From Hemiscyllium ocellatum (Eukaryota): a stretch of DNA of 64,000 nucleotides. Under the pieces are notes generated by a model, which worked only from the letters and a program-made list of their open reading frames with translations, did no database searches and had not been told where the DNA came from. Location: NCBI RefSeq assembly GCF_020745735.1, contig NC_083402.1, positions 7,750,001 through 7,814,000 of the forward strand. The letters are read 5' to 3'. Of the stretch, positions 11,228 through 24,470 are shown one piece after another (position 1 is the first letter of the stretch; each line of letters opens with the position of its first letter). The translations under genes and the position numbers were made by a program.

Positions 11228-13330
11228 TACAATATGTACACGACCGACTTGTGTAAACAGAAACAAAGGAGGAGCACATTCAGCTCCGAGGTGAATTACT
11301 CGATCTGTTACACAGGCTAGGATTGCAAAATTAATCTGAAAAAGACACAAATTCTACAGCCTAGGGTCACATCCTTGTGAATGATAATCACCCACAGGAA
11401 AAGGGAAATAGACTAAAAGCGATTAGAGACCATAGAACGACTCCCACTCCCCCGAGATGGTCGTGCACTTTGATCCTTCCTTGGGTTAGTGGGATAGTGC
11501 AGAAACCACATTGATGGGTTCACCATCAAAGCAGCCCCAGTCTCAGAGTTACTGATAAAGGACGCTGCCTGGAATTGGACACCTCAACACACAGAGGAGT
11601 AACTGAGTTACAACACGCCCTCACAACAGCTCCTGCCTGACTAGTTCCCAACCCTGATTTACCATACGCCCTCGAAGCTGCAGCCACAGACCAGACGATA
11701 GCTGCTGTTCCACTGCAAGAGTGACACGGTAGGCAAGGGCCAGGGGCTTATGTCTCCAGGGTCCTACAGCCCGTGGAGCAAGGGCTTTCCATGTGGGAAT
11801 GGCACCACCACACAGTCTTTTGGGCAGGCCAATACTTTGACTACATTATTGGTTTAAACCCACTGACCATACTGACTGAACATACACCAAACCAGCTCCT
11901 GCTGGACAGCCCAATCAAAGATGGCTCAGTGAGACAGATTCGAGCCACACAATGAACTCCACTGCTTCAGAGTCGGGACATCACGGTCAAACGTACCAAG
12001 GTGCCTAGCTTCCTAGCTGATGGCCTGAATTATGGAGGAGACCCACATGACTGCCAAATCATAGCCACAAAACACCCCACTGGCACTTTTCTGACCCAAA
12101 CAGCTGGGAAAACGGTTAGGGATGAGACAAGAGAATAACCAAGCAGACACAGCCATCGGAATTTATGTAGGTGGAGCCTCCACTGGACAGGATGGCATGT
12201 GGATCACCGGCTGTGGGATACACATGACCAACACTCAGGGACAGCTATTGTTTCAATTAGCCAACTCAGTGCCCAGGCTGTGGAACTAACAGCTGTGGCT
12301 TATGTAGTTAGCCACTCCAACCTGTTCCTCCACCCACAGATATATTTTCCAACAGTATGTGTGTGTGCAACAACCTCACTGAATTCTTACCACTCTGGGA
12401 AGCAAAGGTTTAATTTCTCCCAATGGGAAATCACTACCAACAGCCTCCTTTATTACAGTATGGACTGCAGTCTGCCCGTGGAAGGCAATACAGTATAATT
12501 AAAGTTAAACACCACCACAAGACATCCCAGAAGGTAACTACAGAGCAGGTGAATTCTCCATAAAATGTTGCTCATGTTGGAAAATTGTGGCAGTTACCTA
12601 TAGGTGAGCAGGCCAATGCAGTTACTGTAAGTCAGACTAACGTAGAAGACCTTCGACAAGAGCAACATCGTGATGACCCGTTAAAACAGATTGTGGCAGG
12701 GATTTATCCAGATGCCTAAGCTATGTGGAAAGATTCCCTGCAAGTACATGATGGGTTAGTCGAAAAGGCAGGAGTATATGTAGTCCTGACTCAGGACAGG
12801 AACCACATTATTTACTAATTCCATGATGGCATGGGCACCAGGGAATCGAGGCTGTGACAGAACACTTGAAGAACTGTGTTGGCACACACGTCCAGTGGAA
12901 GGGCCCTGGACAAACCTCCAAGTTGACTCTATAGGTGCCCTGCCTCCATGTGAAAACAGATACACCTACATCCATGACATCATCGACACTTTTACAAAAC
13001 GGATCGATGCATTTCCCATTGGGGCAAACACAGTGAGAACAACAGGCCAGATCCTCACACAACAGGTGTTCACGAGGTGGGGTTTACCCTGCAGTATCGA
13101 GTCAGATCAGGGAACCCCATTTCACCAGCCAAGTAATGCAAAATGTGATGACCATGTTTGGTATCAAACAGGAATTCCACATCACTTACCACCCCCAATC
13201 CAGTGGGATCACAGGCAGAATGAACCGCAGACTGAATGTGCAACAGAATAACAAAACCTAGGAGACAGTGCTTCCATTTGTCCTCATGGTGAGGAGATAC
13301 CACCCAACTCAGATACTTAACGGTATCCCC
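11228..13330 (+). mobile_element. Degraded retrovirus-like pol: RT C-terminus, tether (degenerate RNase H), RNase H, integrase
   Basis: QYVHD (YVDD-like) at ~11229; FLGLVG; LEAAATD...LTILTEH tether; IYVGGAS...SAQAVELTA RNase H; integrase LQVDSIGALP...IDTFTK...SIESDQGTPF...HITYHPQSSG. Many stops and frameshifts. Confidence 0.85.
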
Positions 13331-14494
13331 ACACCATGGACAGAAGACTCACTCAGAACAGACTCACTCAGACTGTCAGGCAGCAGTTCCTGATGACTCC
13401 AAAAGGGGGAGTGACAGTATACCAACAGGGACACCCAGAGCAGGCGAGCTCAGACTCCCAGACGGTAATTCCAGATGTCTCCAATAGGGGGCATGGCAAG
13501 GCCCATGTCTGGGAACCCAGAGAATTACAGATTAAACAAAACTAATGCAAACTTCCAGGTGGCAATTCCATCTTTCTCCAATAGGGGGACGGATAGCACA
13601 CCAACAGGAGAACAGGGAGGATTTGATACAGACACCCCAGAGACAGAGGATTCAGACTCTCTGTTTGGTGTCTCTTTGACAAATGCACTGATTCAATGAT
13701 CCAAGTGATGAAACAACTCCTGATAGCCACTCAAGGGAAGGTGCAACTGTTTCTGGTGATCAAAACTCTCATGCAGCTCACACCTCTTCCAGCTTTATTC
13801 CTCTGCACGCTGAGGAATTTAACCAAGTTATAATTCTTCAATTTTCTGCTCATTGGATAGAATCTCCAAGTCAGATTCTTCATGGTACCCTCACCTTCAT
13901 CTCTATGACCCACATTTAAACTGGTCTCTGTCAGTCAGGCCAGCTTCACTTTCGTTTATATTTCAATGATTGATCTCTTGCAAGCCCCGACACATTCACT
14001 CGTCTTTGAAACATTGGTCTTCATGACCACCTTGTCTCAGATTTTGTTTTTCTCCTAACCACATCATGGTCAGGTCATTTAAACAGTCCTAACCTCTACC
14101 GCTAGAAACCAAGGTTGGAGCCTAATAGGCCTCTAACCCCAATCTAACATTCCACCTGGGATTCACATTACCATGTTCTGTTTTTGTTTAAAAAAAAAGT
14201 GGAGGAGGGGGAGGTCATCTACATCCTGAGCATATCCATTGTATTGTGTCAAAACAGTTCAGCTATTAAACAAGGATAACAACAGATCTCTCCCCAGGGT
14301 AACCACGGACCACAAGCAAGAGCTATTTCATCACATCAAATAATCCAGGATGCACTTATCAATTCATTGCCGCTTTCAGTGGTTGGGATAGTTTGTTTGT
14401 TTTTATTTGTAAAATATTTAAGCTCACCTATTAATACAAGCACTTGAGAATTCTTTGTTCAGTTAAGTAGTTTAGACCAGTGTAGACATCCTGT

Positions 14495-14955
14495 GGTTAC
14501 CCCCCTGTTGTGCACTCTGTGTGGTAGGGTACTTGAAACTGACCCTTTAAGGCAAGTCCCCAATGACTCTGCTTCCACCATCACAGCTGGCAATGCATTC
14601 CATACATTCACAACTCTCTGCATAAAGAACCTGCCTCTGACGTCTCCTTTATACCTTCCTCCTAATATCTTCAAACTATGACCCCTCGTACCAGTCAATC
14701 CTGCCCAGGGGAAAATTCTCTGGCTATTGCCTCTATCTATTCCTCTCATTATTCTGTACACCTTGATCAGGTCTCATCTTCTTCCTCCTCTCCAGAGAGA
14801 AAAGTCCGAATTTATTCAATCTTTCTTCATAAGGCCAGCTCTCCAGTCCAGGCAGCATCCTGGTAAACCTCCTTTGCACCCTCTCCCAACTCTCTGTATC
14901 TTTACTATAGCAGGGCGACCAGAACTGGACACAATATTCCAAGTGAGGTCTATTA
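14495..14955 (-). mobile_element. CR1 3' fragment
   Basis: [12 protein letters not shown]...RFTRMLPG and GHSLK...GRFFMQRVV peptides on the minus strand. Confidence 0.85.
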
Positions 14956-15029
14956 CATATGGATGGATACTGTTCTGCCTCACTGAGGTAGCATGTTTAA
15001 AATCAAGTTGCATTATTCCCTGAGTTGTC

Positions 15030-15590
15030 ACAAAAGTTAGTTTTTATAGAAGTCCATAACATTCTCCTGAGTTTTAGACTAAAGATGACAGAAGGCACAG
15101 ACTAGGTTTCTGGATTTCACAAGGATTACTATTTATCACACATAAATAGACTCTAATTCCACAGAAAAATGATGGACCATTGAGCTATAACAACATGAGT
15201 TAAAACTCTAAGATGCTCATGAACCAAGTCCCCTTAAAAGCAAGCACATATTGTACACACACAGAAACACACACACGCGCGTGCACACACACACACGCGT
15301 GTGTGTGCACACACAGACACAGACACACAGACAGAAACTAAAGTGGAAGGAACACACAGAAAACAGTTTCGCCAATCCCTGTTTGCAGGATCCGCTGAGA
15401 TGATTCTTGTGCTGATCAGAATGCTGCTTCTCCAGATGCTGTCACTGGTTTACTAGAGATACAGTGTGTGGCTTATAAAAGGTCTGACTTACTCATTAAA
15501 GGTCAGAACTTACTGCAACTGCTGAAGGAAAAGACAATCAGCTGGTTATCCTCAGATTTAAAGTAGCTTTTCCTGCCGGGAACAGAGCTG
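15030..15590 (-). mobile_element. LTR-like repeat with (CA)n tract; partial inverted homolog at ~7210-7330
   Basis: The reverse complement of 15360-15428 aligns with 7222-7290 (cagcattctgatcagcacaag.atcatctcagc). LTR identity is inferred from general composition only. Confidence 0.4.
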
Positions 15591-15909
15591 ATTAGATTAG
15601 ATTAGATTACTTACAGTGTGGAAACAGGCCCTTCGGCCCAACAAGTCCACACCGACCCGCCGAAGCGCAACCCACCCATTCCCCTACATTTACCCCTTAT
15701 CTAACACTACGGGCAATTTAGCATGGCCAATTCACCTGACCCCGCACATCTTTTGGACTGTGGGAGGAAACCGGAGTACCCGAAGGAAACCCACGCAGAC
15801 ACGGGGAGAACGTGCAAACTCCACACAGTCTGTCGCCTGAGTCGGGAATTGAACCCGAGTCTCTGGCGCTGTGAGGCAGCAGTGCTAACCACTGTGCCAC
15901 CGTGCCGCC
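15591..15909 (-). mobile_element. HE1-type tRNA-derived SINE, full length
   Basis: A box TGGCACAGTGG, B box GGTTCAATTCC, V-domain core and (TAATC)n tail. Confidence 0.92.
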
Positions 15910-16342
15910 TACTGTGCCACTGTGCTACAGATGATGAACAGTTCCTCAGAAAGTGGAGGTCGGATGGCTTCTCCCTGTCATGTTCATATCCACAAATTGT
16001 TCAATTATCTGGGAACCAATCACATAGTTGTTTCTGGCTGAATCGCCACTTGTCCATGTCTCCAGTTCGTCTGCACCTTCTTCTGCTGCTGTCTGACCCA
16101 GCAGCTGTGTAAACAACACTTACAATGAGTGTCAGGTTACTTGCTTTCAAAAGTGTGCAGTATCCCATAAACACTTAAAAATACACTAAGAAAAAAAGGT
16201 ACAATTTTTTTTTTAAAATTAAAAAACACTTTTGAAGAATAATAATGCCAAGTTTCTGAGCTGGTAAGTTCCATGACATTCCTTGAATTTGATCTGAGAA
16301 ACAATGCAACCTCAGTTACACAGGTTCAGTTCTTATTCGCTC

Positions 16343-16380
16343 CTAATGAGTCTTCACCACAGCTGCATAGGTTACATCCG
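16343..16380 (-). CDS. Receptor terminal coding exon with ITIM: (x)DVTYAAVVKTH*
   Basis: Strong acceptor tttctgtctctttctAG (16382-16381). Phase-1 reading gives V-T-Y-A-A-V then TAG at 16345-16343. Confidence 0.8.
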
Positions 16381-16902
16381 CTAGAAAGAGACAGAAATCA
16401 GAGCTGATGATAATTATAAATTCAGTTTAAAAGTAAATACAGGAAAGGGGCATATTTACCCAAATATCAGTCCCATCACTATCAGAGTAGTTACAGGAAA
16501 GGGAAATATTTACTCCATCAGTTGTACATTTCCCCCTCATTCTCTTTATGACGTTCACAAATACATTGGGAGAGACAAGCTTTTTGAGAGACAGTCAAGT
16601 GTCATCCAATGGGATCGTGGAGAGACTGTTTGCTTTCTGATTGGTGGAGTAAAGGAACATCCTAATGAAGATGAACAGACCGACGGGCCAATGACAACAG
16701 CATCCTGGTGAGGGAATGGGGCTTTAAGGTCATGTGATCAAATCTCCATAATAGCGCCACCCAAAGTTGGGGTCTCAAATAACAAGGAAATGGATCACCC
16801 AGGCCCAACTAGCACTGTCCCACACATCGGAGAATGGGCTTCAGGGATTGGGATAGGAGAAAGAATTAGGATTAGGATTCGGAAAGGACAAACCTGACTC
16901 AC

Positions 16903-16938
16903 TCTCTTCTGAATCAGCAACCCGGAGAGTCTTGCCAC
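16903..16938 (-). CDS. 36-nt cytoplasmic exon (G)GKTLRVADSEE(T), phase 1-1
   Basis: ttctctttcatttcaAG acceptor, GTGAGT donor; homologous to 31320-31355. Confidence 0.8.
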
Positions 16939-17033
16939 CTTGAAATGAAAGAGAATAGTCTGTTAGTGAGGAGGATGTATTTTAAATGTTTAGAAATACC
17001 ACGATGTGGGAAAAAAAGTATGTAGCTGGTTAC

Positions 17034-17087
17034 CTTTTCTGTTGCTGTCAAACACGATGCTGGCATAGGTACAGGAGTCAGGCTGAG
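17034..17087 (-). CDS. 54-nt cytoplasmic exon (x)QPDSCTYASIVFDSNRK(G), ITIM-like, phase 1-1
   Basis: gtttgtattacAG acceptor, AG|GTAACC donor; homologous to 31449-31496. Confidence 0.8.
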
Positions 17088-17436
17088 CTGTAATACAAAC
17101 AGGATTCACTCTGAAACTGCCTTACTGCATTCGCTTTCTGACTCGAGAATCAAAGAATCATACAGAATCATGGATTCACATCACAGCTTTACCATTGGAA
17201 AATGTTCAATGAACTGCAGGAGAATCAGACATCAAACCATATTCCGAGTTATTTGGACAGGTGGTGTTCCAACACGCATGTCTTAAGGAGTGACTTAAGA
17301 GGGGGAAGGAGAGTTGGAGAGGTTTAGACAGGAATTCTCACAGTCTTGGAGATTGAAAATTAGACCCCAGTGATGTTACTATTCCAGTCCGGTGAAACCA
17401 CCACCACACATCTCTCTCTAATGAGTGTAGTATAGA

Positions 17437-17570
17437 ATGGTGCTGGAAAAGCACAGCAGGTCAGGCAGCATCCGAGGATCAGGAAAATCGACATTTCAGG
17501 CAAAAGCCCTTCATCACTCTAATCTAGACTCTGATCTCCAGAACCTGCAGTCCTCACGTTTGCCCAGCTT
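17437..17570 (-). mobile_element. PLE terminal repeat fragment
   Basis: gctggaaaagcacagcaggtcaggcagcatcc...gcccttcatca. Confidence 0.7.
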
Positions 17571-18018
17571 TTCCTCTCTAATGAGAGAAAAGCCTGATGC
17601 CCTCTGGGACTATGGTGAGTTTACATTTACAGGAAGGGATATGGAGGAGCCAGATTTGGAAATACTGTGAGTTTATGAGGATGACAGACCCAATGCCGTG
17701 GAAGAATTTGAACGTGAGAAGGATAATCTTTAATTTTATTTCTTTTTCAATTCATGAGCAGTTCTGGGCACCACACCTTGGGAAGGATATTCTGACCTGA
17801 GAAAGAGTGTGGTGCAGAATGATGACATCAGGTCTCACAGAGTTAAATTACAAGGTGTGGGATCACAAATTATGTTTGTATCCTGTTACACTGGAAGGTG
17901 TGGGATGATTTGATTGAAGTTCTCAAGAAAAGAAGAGCATAAACGATCTTTCCACTTTCTCCATCTCGGGAAGTCTCAGATGCCTTCCCATGGGTTTCCT
18001 GATTCCATGATTCCCAAG

Positions 18019-18127
18019 GAGAAAGTGAGGACTGCAGATGCTGGAGATCAGAGCTGAAAATGTGTTGCTGGAAAAGCGCAGCAGGTCAGGCAGCATCCAA
18101 GGAGCAGGAGAATCAACGTTTCGGGCG
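18019..18127 (-). mobile_element. PLE terminal repeat fragment
   Basis: gagaaagtgaggactgcagatgctggag...cgtttcgggc. Confidence 0.75.
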
Positions 18128-19239
18128 TTTCATTCAATCATTTCAGCTCCATGATTCCCAACCCTATCCTAGGGTTTCCAATTTTCCCACAGTCCCATGG
18201 GTCAGGTTACAAACCCTGCACCCAGCACTCTGAGCCAATCCCCTCCATTGCAGAGGGAAACACATCCTGCTCCTCCACAATGTACATCCAGTCGGTCCAT
18301 GATTTTAAAGAATCACGGTTCACAGTGTCTCAGAGATATTGGGGATCACAGTTTACATGAGGGAACTTATTGGGAGTTAAATTCAAAGTGTGCCTCTTGC
18401 TAAGGCATACCTTTTATGCTCCCCCTTCCACAACCCACTTACCATCCCCTCACCATGCTAAGATGTGGCACTTTGATGCCTATTGCCAGGTATTTCAAGT
18501 GAATAATACTTTCCTGGAGATATTTTTCAAACACCTTGATTAGAGATATTATTACACACCTCTGGATCAAGTGGGACTTCACGGAGACCTCCTGGCTTTG
18601 AAGGAGGGACATTACCACTGTACCACAAGACCCCTAATGGTCTTAATCATAGAGTAATAGAGATGTAGAGCACAGTAAAAGGCTCTTTGGCCCATTGAGT
18701 CCATGCTGGTCAAAACCAACCATCTACCCTTTCCAATTCTATTATCGAGCAGTTGCCCAATGCCTTATACATCGAAATTGCAAGTGCACACCTAAACAGG
18801 TCTTAAACATTATGAGGGTTTCATGTCTGTGTCACCCTTAAAAGCAATGACTTCCAGATTGCCGCCATCCTCTGAGTGAAAAGGTTTCCCTCACATCTCC
18901 GATAAACCTCTAACATTCATCAAAGATCCTGAGACATCACCTTCCCAACCCACGACCGCATCCAGCTAAACATTCAGTGGCAGCAGATCAATGGGAACAC
19001 CACCACCTGCAAATTCCCTCCAAGGCACTCACCATCCTGGCTTGGAAATATATCATCACTCTTTCACTCGTGTTCGGTCACAATCCTGGAATTCACTCCC
19101 TAAAGGCATTATGGGTCAACCTCCAGCACGTGGACTGTAACGGTTTAAGAAGGCATCTCATCGCCATCTTCTCAAGAGATCAACAAGGGATGGGCAATGA
19201 ATGCTGGCCAGCCAGTGACATGCATGTTTCATGATTGAA

Positions 19240-19960
19240 TAAAAACAATCGCCCTGCCCCGTACCTTAAATTAATGCCCCATGGTCACTGATCTCCTCTC
19301 AATCTCCTCCTCTCTGGAGAAAACAATCTATCCAAATTCTCTTCAGAATTGAAACTCTCTAGCCCAGGGAACATCCTGGCAAATCTGCTCTTTACCCTCT
19401 CCAGATCCCTCCCATAATGTGGATTCCTGAACTTCACATAATTCTCTAGCTGTGACCTAACCAATTTTTCATACAGTTCCAGCATAACCTCACTGCTCTG
19501 TATTAAGTCCTATTGCTCATTATGTCTTACTTTGCTTTTTCTGTCCTGCCCAAGTGTATCACCTCACCCTTATCCATGTTGAATACTGTTTGCTACTGAT
19601 CAGTCTATCTGACCAGCCCGTATAGATCCTCTTGTTGTCTAAGGCTATCCTCCTCAATATTTATTACCCCAACTATTTGTTTATCATCTGGGACCATATT
19701 AATCAACCCTTCTTCATTCAAGTCTAAATCATTTATGACAAACCACAAATAGCAAGGGCCCCAACAGTGACCCCTGTGGGATCCTCCAGGACACACACTT
19801 CCAGTCACAAAAATGCCCCTCGACCATCACCCTCTGTTTCCTGCCAGTCAGAAAATTATGCATCCAATTTACCCCAAATTACCTTGGATCCCATGAGCTC
19901 TCACCTTTGCTATCGTTCTCCCATGTGGAACCTGGTCAAAAGTTTTGCCGAAATCCAAGA
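19240..19960 (-). mobile_element. CR1 RT/3' remnant
   Basis: Minus peptides MLELYEKLVRSQLENYVKF and GPCYLWFVINDLD. Confidence 0.75.
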
Positions 19961-20011
19961 AGACACAAGAACATCAGAAATAGGAGCAGGAGAGGGCTAT
20001 CTGACCCCTTG

Positions 20012-20215
20012 AGGAGAATGTGAGGACTGCGGATGCTGGAGATTAGAGTCGAAGAGTGTGGAGCTGGAAAAGCACAGCTGGTCAGGCAGCATCTGAGATG
20101 CAGGAGAGTCGTCATTTCGAGAAGCCTTCCATTAGGAAGAAAGATCCTTCCTGATGAAGGGCTTATACTCGAAACGTCAATTCTCCTGCACCGCAGATGC
20201 TACCTATCTGGCCCC
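20012..20215. mobile_element. PLE termini in inverted (fold-back) arrangement with near-intact hammerhead-like core at 20151-20178
   Basis: The right arm reads ctgatga-a-gggc-ttat-actc-gaaacgtc. Confidence 0.7.
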
Positions 20216-20429
20216 TCGAGCCTGCTCCATCATTCAGTAAGATCTCTTTTAAAATCTATCTCCCTTTGCATTAAAAAGATGCATCAAATTCTACACATCT
20301 GCACATGCTGGAGAGTCAGAGTTAAACAGTGTGGCACTGGAAAAGCACAGCAGCTCAGGCAGCAACTGAGGAGCAGGAGGGACAATGTTTTGGACACTAG
20401 CCGTTCACCAACCTGATCTGCCACATGTT

Positions 20430-21060
20430 TTGACACAGAGTTTAGACTGACTAGCCTGACGTTTCCTGGTTTATCCCTTGTTCACTTCTTGAGGTACCAC
20501 ACTGGCTGTCCTCCTGTCCTCCAGCACCTCTCCTGCAGCTGGAGAAGAATGGAAAGTTATTTCCAAAGCCCCTGCTATTTTCTCCCCTGCCTCACTCAAC
20601 AACCTGAGATACATTTCATCCTGCCCTGGAGATTTATCTACTTTTTGCTGCCCATACCACTCAGCAGTTCCTCTCTCTGTTAATTTCTTTAATCTTATCA
20701 CAGACTATCTCCCCGATTTCTACACCAAAATCATCCCTCTCACGTCTGAACACCAACATAAAGTTGTCAATTACAGCTTGGGTTCATATATCCTCTGGGT
20801 TCAAGTTTCAATTACAACCATGGTCCTTGTTGTCTTTTTACCATGAATATTCCTTTAAATATTTTGGATGCTTCTTTATATTACCTGTCAGTATACTTTC
20901 ATATTTCCTTTGAGCACTCCGAATCTCCACTTTAATTTCCCACTTGGACATTTTATAATCCTCCAGAAATTGCTACTGTTTTGAATTCTCAGAATCTGCC
21001 ATAAGCCTCCCTTTTCCCTTCATCCAATGCTGTGTATTCCTCAGTATTCAAGGTTCACTG
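20430..21060 (-). mobile_element. CR1 remnant (linker / RT N-terminal)
   Basis: VDKSPGQDEMYLRLLSEAGEKIAGAL on the minus strand. Confidence 0.7.
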
Positions 21061-21459
21061 GATTTGTTGGTCCCACCCTTTAGCCCTGTACCCTCCTTAT
21101 TTCCTTCTTCAATGCATCCCATTGCATACCTGGTCTGGCCTACATGTGACTCCAGTCCCACAAAAGGACACTGCTGTAAGGTACAGTAATTGTTGAAGAA
21201 TGGGAGGGGCTGTCAGTGAGCAGATTTATACAGGGCTACAAGGTGCCACATGCTCAAAGAGGAAGCCAATGTCATCAGGAAGTGATGGAAAGCAGCAGCC
21301 AGTCTCAAAGATTGCACTGCAGCAAGTCTGCATTTAGAAACATTGTACAGGATGGTTTTCCATTTACTTTGGTAAATGGAGGGTACGGAAACAGATATTT
21401 TAATATAAAGACACAGAGATTTGCCTCCTCTGACTCATTGAGGTGAGGAAGCAAATTGT

Positions 21460-22800
21460 TGGGAGCTTGTACAGAATCCTTGGATTCTGTTTAGTCCTAG
21501 GACAGGTCCCAGAGCACTGGAGAAGAGCCACCATTGTTCCTTTGTTTGAGGGCAACAGGGATAATACAGGAACTTACAGGCTGGTGAGCCTTACGTCCGT
21601 GGTAGGGAAAATATTGGAGAAGATTCTTAATGATTGGCTTTCCACAATTTGAAAAAATATCTTCTTATTAACACGAGGCAACATGGTTTTGTGCAGGAAG
21701 GTCATGTCACAGAAACTTGATTCAGCCTTTTGAGCAAGTTTCATGATTGACAACGACAGGGTGATAGATATTGTCCACAGGGACTTTCGTAAGGCCTTGG
21801 ACAAAGTTTTTCATGACAGGCTGATACTGAAATTGAAGTCACATGGATCTGCGGAGAGGTGGTAAGATGGATGCAGAATTGGCTTAGTCATAGAAGACAG
21901 AGAGTAGTGGTGGAAGAGTGTTTTTCTGACTGGAAATCTGTGACCATTCGTGATCCACAGGAGTCAGTGTTGGGGCCCCTGTTAGTTCACAACATTTATA
22001 AATATTTTGGAGAATATTGTAGGTGGGATGATTAGTAAGTTTGCAGATGACACAAAGATTGAAGGAGCTTTGGATAGTGAGGAAGATTGCCAGAGGATAC
22101 AGCAGGACATATAAAGGCTGTCAACTTGGGCACAGAAATGGCTGCTGTAATTTAATTTTGAGAGACATGTGGTGATGCATAAGGTCTAATGCAAGAGGGA
22201 AGTATACAGTAAATGGTACAACCCTTAGAAGCATTGAAGAGATCTAGGGTAGCTTACTCACTCCTGGTTCAGTCCTTCTTTCACTCCTGCTGCAGGCCTT
22301 CCCTCACTCCTGGTTCAGTCCTTCCTTCACTCCTGCTGCAGGCCTCCCCTCACTCCTGGTTCAGGCCTTCCTTCACTCCTGGTGTGGCCCTCCCTTAATT
22401 CCTGACATCTCACTGCAATTATATCGATCTTTGGTGAGATCCCATCTGGAATGTGGTGAACGGATCGGATTTCCATATCAACAAAAAGATTCCCTTGTTA
22501 CAGAGTGAGAGTCATACACTGTCGTGAACCAGGGAATACAGTCTCAGAATGAGGGATAGGTGGTTGGAACTGAGATGAGGGGGAATTTATCGTTTTGAAG
22601 TAGTTAATCTTGGGAATTCTCTCATCAGAGAGCTGTGGAAGCTTAACCATTGAGTATGTTCATGAATGAGATTGATAGATTTCCCGGCATTAAAAGCATT
22701 GAGGGGTAACGGGATGGTGCAGGAAAGTGGTGTTGAACTACAAGCTCAGACATGATCCTCTTAAATGGTGGAGCATCTTGTCCTTAGTGGAGAACATCCT
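21460..22800 (+). mobile_element. CR1 RT to 3' end remnant, interrupted by a minisatellite
   Basis: VPEHWRRATIVPLF...YRLVSLTSVVGK and tttgcagatgacac (FADD). Confidence 0.8.
22258..22396. repeat. 23-bp minisatellite, 6 units, alternating variants (46-bp higher-order repeat)
   Basis: tcactcctg starts at 22258, 22281, 22304, 22327, 22350 and 22373, with gttcag and ctgcag variants alternating. Confidence 0.9.
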
Positions 22801-22839
22801 GATACACATTCTCCTGACCCTCCCACTTCCTATGGCTGT

Positions 22840-23500
22840 GGGAATCCTCCCAAAGACACACTACAGCTTTAAACCTTCCAATGGAATCACCAACATGACC
22901 TTTGTTGTCAGACAAATCCAAGTAAAATGTCAAAAACAACACCAGGAACTCTGTATTACATTTCTCAACCTGATCACAGCAGATGACTCAGTAAATCACT
23001 TGCTGAGACATACTCTTAAAATTTGGAATGTCCAGAAACTTCTTCCAAATTCTGCAACTGCTTTGGGATGACTTGACATCTTCAGGAACGGATGGCTTCA
23101 AGGAACAGGACCAGAGTAAAGCAATGCTGTGTGATAGCTCCATATTATCTATAATCTACCAAACAGCAGCTTTGACCTCTGGTGTCAGGATTAAACACGG
23201 CCCAGATAGAAATCTCTCAACCTCAGTCTCATCCATGCCAATAATAAAATGACCACAACAGACCCACATAAGATGCAGTACGCACTGCTAACATCACTGT
23301 TGTTTTCACATTCTGCACCCAACTAGCAAGCCACCCTTGATCTCTTCAATGCTGCAAACAAGGGACTTGGTCAATGCTTGAGTGTTGCTAAACCAAAACA
23401 CAAATCACTGGTCAGTTCAATATTCTACCTCTTGTATATGCTAAGACTCCGGGATACATTTAGCACTCTCAGTAGCTTGGGAGGCACCTCCCTCCAAAGG
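22840..23500 (+). mobile_element. RTE-clade LINE RT remnant
   Basis: GITNMTFVVRQIQVKCQKQHQELCITFLNL resembles the RTE/BovB motif D-M-I-F-x-x-R-Q-x-Q-E-K-C. Confidence 0.7.
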
Positions 23501-24150
23501 GTGCCCAGGGCTGACATCACTGGCTCTGCCCATCATTGCCAGTCTCAGTCCAGCCCATAGGTGACCACGAGGGCACTCTGCTTCTCAATGCCCATTGGGG
23601 AAGAGATCCAACACTGGGTCAGCTGAGACAGCTCAACCTTCCAGAAACTATGGCAGTGACTGTTTGACAACAAAGCTCTCCACAAGGCAGCAAAAAGTCC
23701 TTGCTTTCATCATCAGTCGGTGTAAATGTTGGGAGACTCACAATGCCACTGGGGAGGGAATTCCAGGATTGTGACCCAGTGACAGTGAGCGAACGACAAT
23801 ATATTTCCATGTCGGTACAGAGTGGGTGGCTTGGAAGGGAACTTGGAGCTGGTGGTGATCCCGTGTAACTGCAGTAACAAACAGGAATGCAGTGACTGCA
23901 TCCTCACGGTCAGGAAACTGAACAGTGTTTGGACACATTCCCTGTTCTTCCAAAGACACAAACTTCAAAAGCTTTTGCCTCTGTATTTTTGAAATCATTT
24001 CATTGTTTGTGTGTGTTTGGGACTTCTTCAATTCATTAACCAACTACTGCAGCTTGTGAACATTTGGTCATCTTGCAGGATGTTTTATAATGTTTCAATT
24101 CACAATCACCTTGTTAAATACAAATCGTTCTGAGTCTCAGAGGTCATTAA

Positions 24151-24470
24151 GGGGTGCCACGGTGGCACAGTGGTCAGCACTGCTGCCTCACAGCACCAGG
24201 GACTCAGGTTCAATTCCCACCTCGGGCAACTGTCTGTGTGGAGTTTGCACATTCTTCCCATGTCTGTGTGGGTTTCCTCCAGGTGCTCCAATGTCCTCCC
24301 ACAGTCCAAAGATGTGCAGGGTAGCGAATTGGCCATGCTAACTTGCCCATAGTGTTTGGTGAAGGGGTAAATGTAGGGGAATGGGTCTGGGTGAGTTGCT
24401 CTTTGGAGGGTCGGTGTGGACTGGGTGGGCCGAAAGGCCTGTTTCCACACTGTAAGCAATTTAATCTAAT
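24151..24470 (+). mobile_element. HE1-type SINE (diverged)
   Basis: ggtggcacagtggtcagcactgctgcctcacag head and gcctgtttccacactgtaag end. Confidence 0.88.

Noticed and set aside
15591-15909. tRNA gene from A/B boxes (also 24151, 28506, 54251)
   Set aside because: These are HE1 SINE heads without a complete cloverleaf.
23908-23946. 39-nt phase 1-1 segment (EQGMCPNTVQFPD) as a further cassette exon
   Set aside because: Weak acceptor and no paralog in the window; could be chance.
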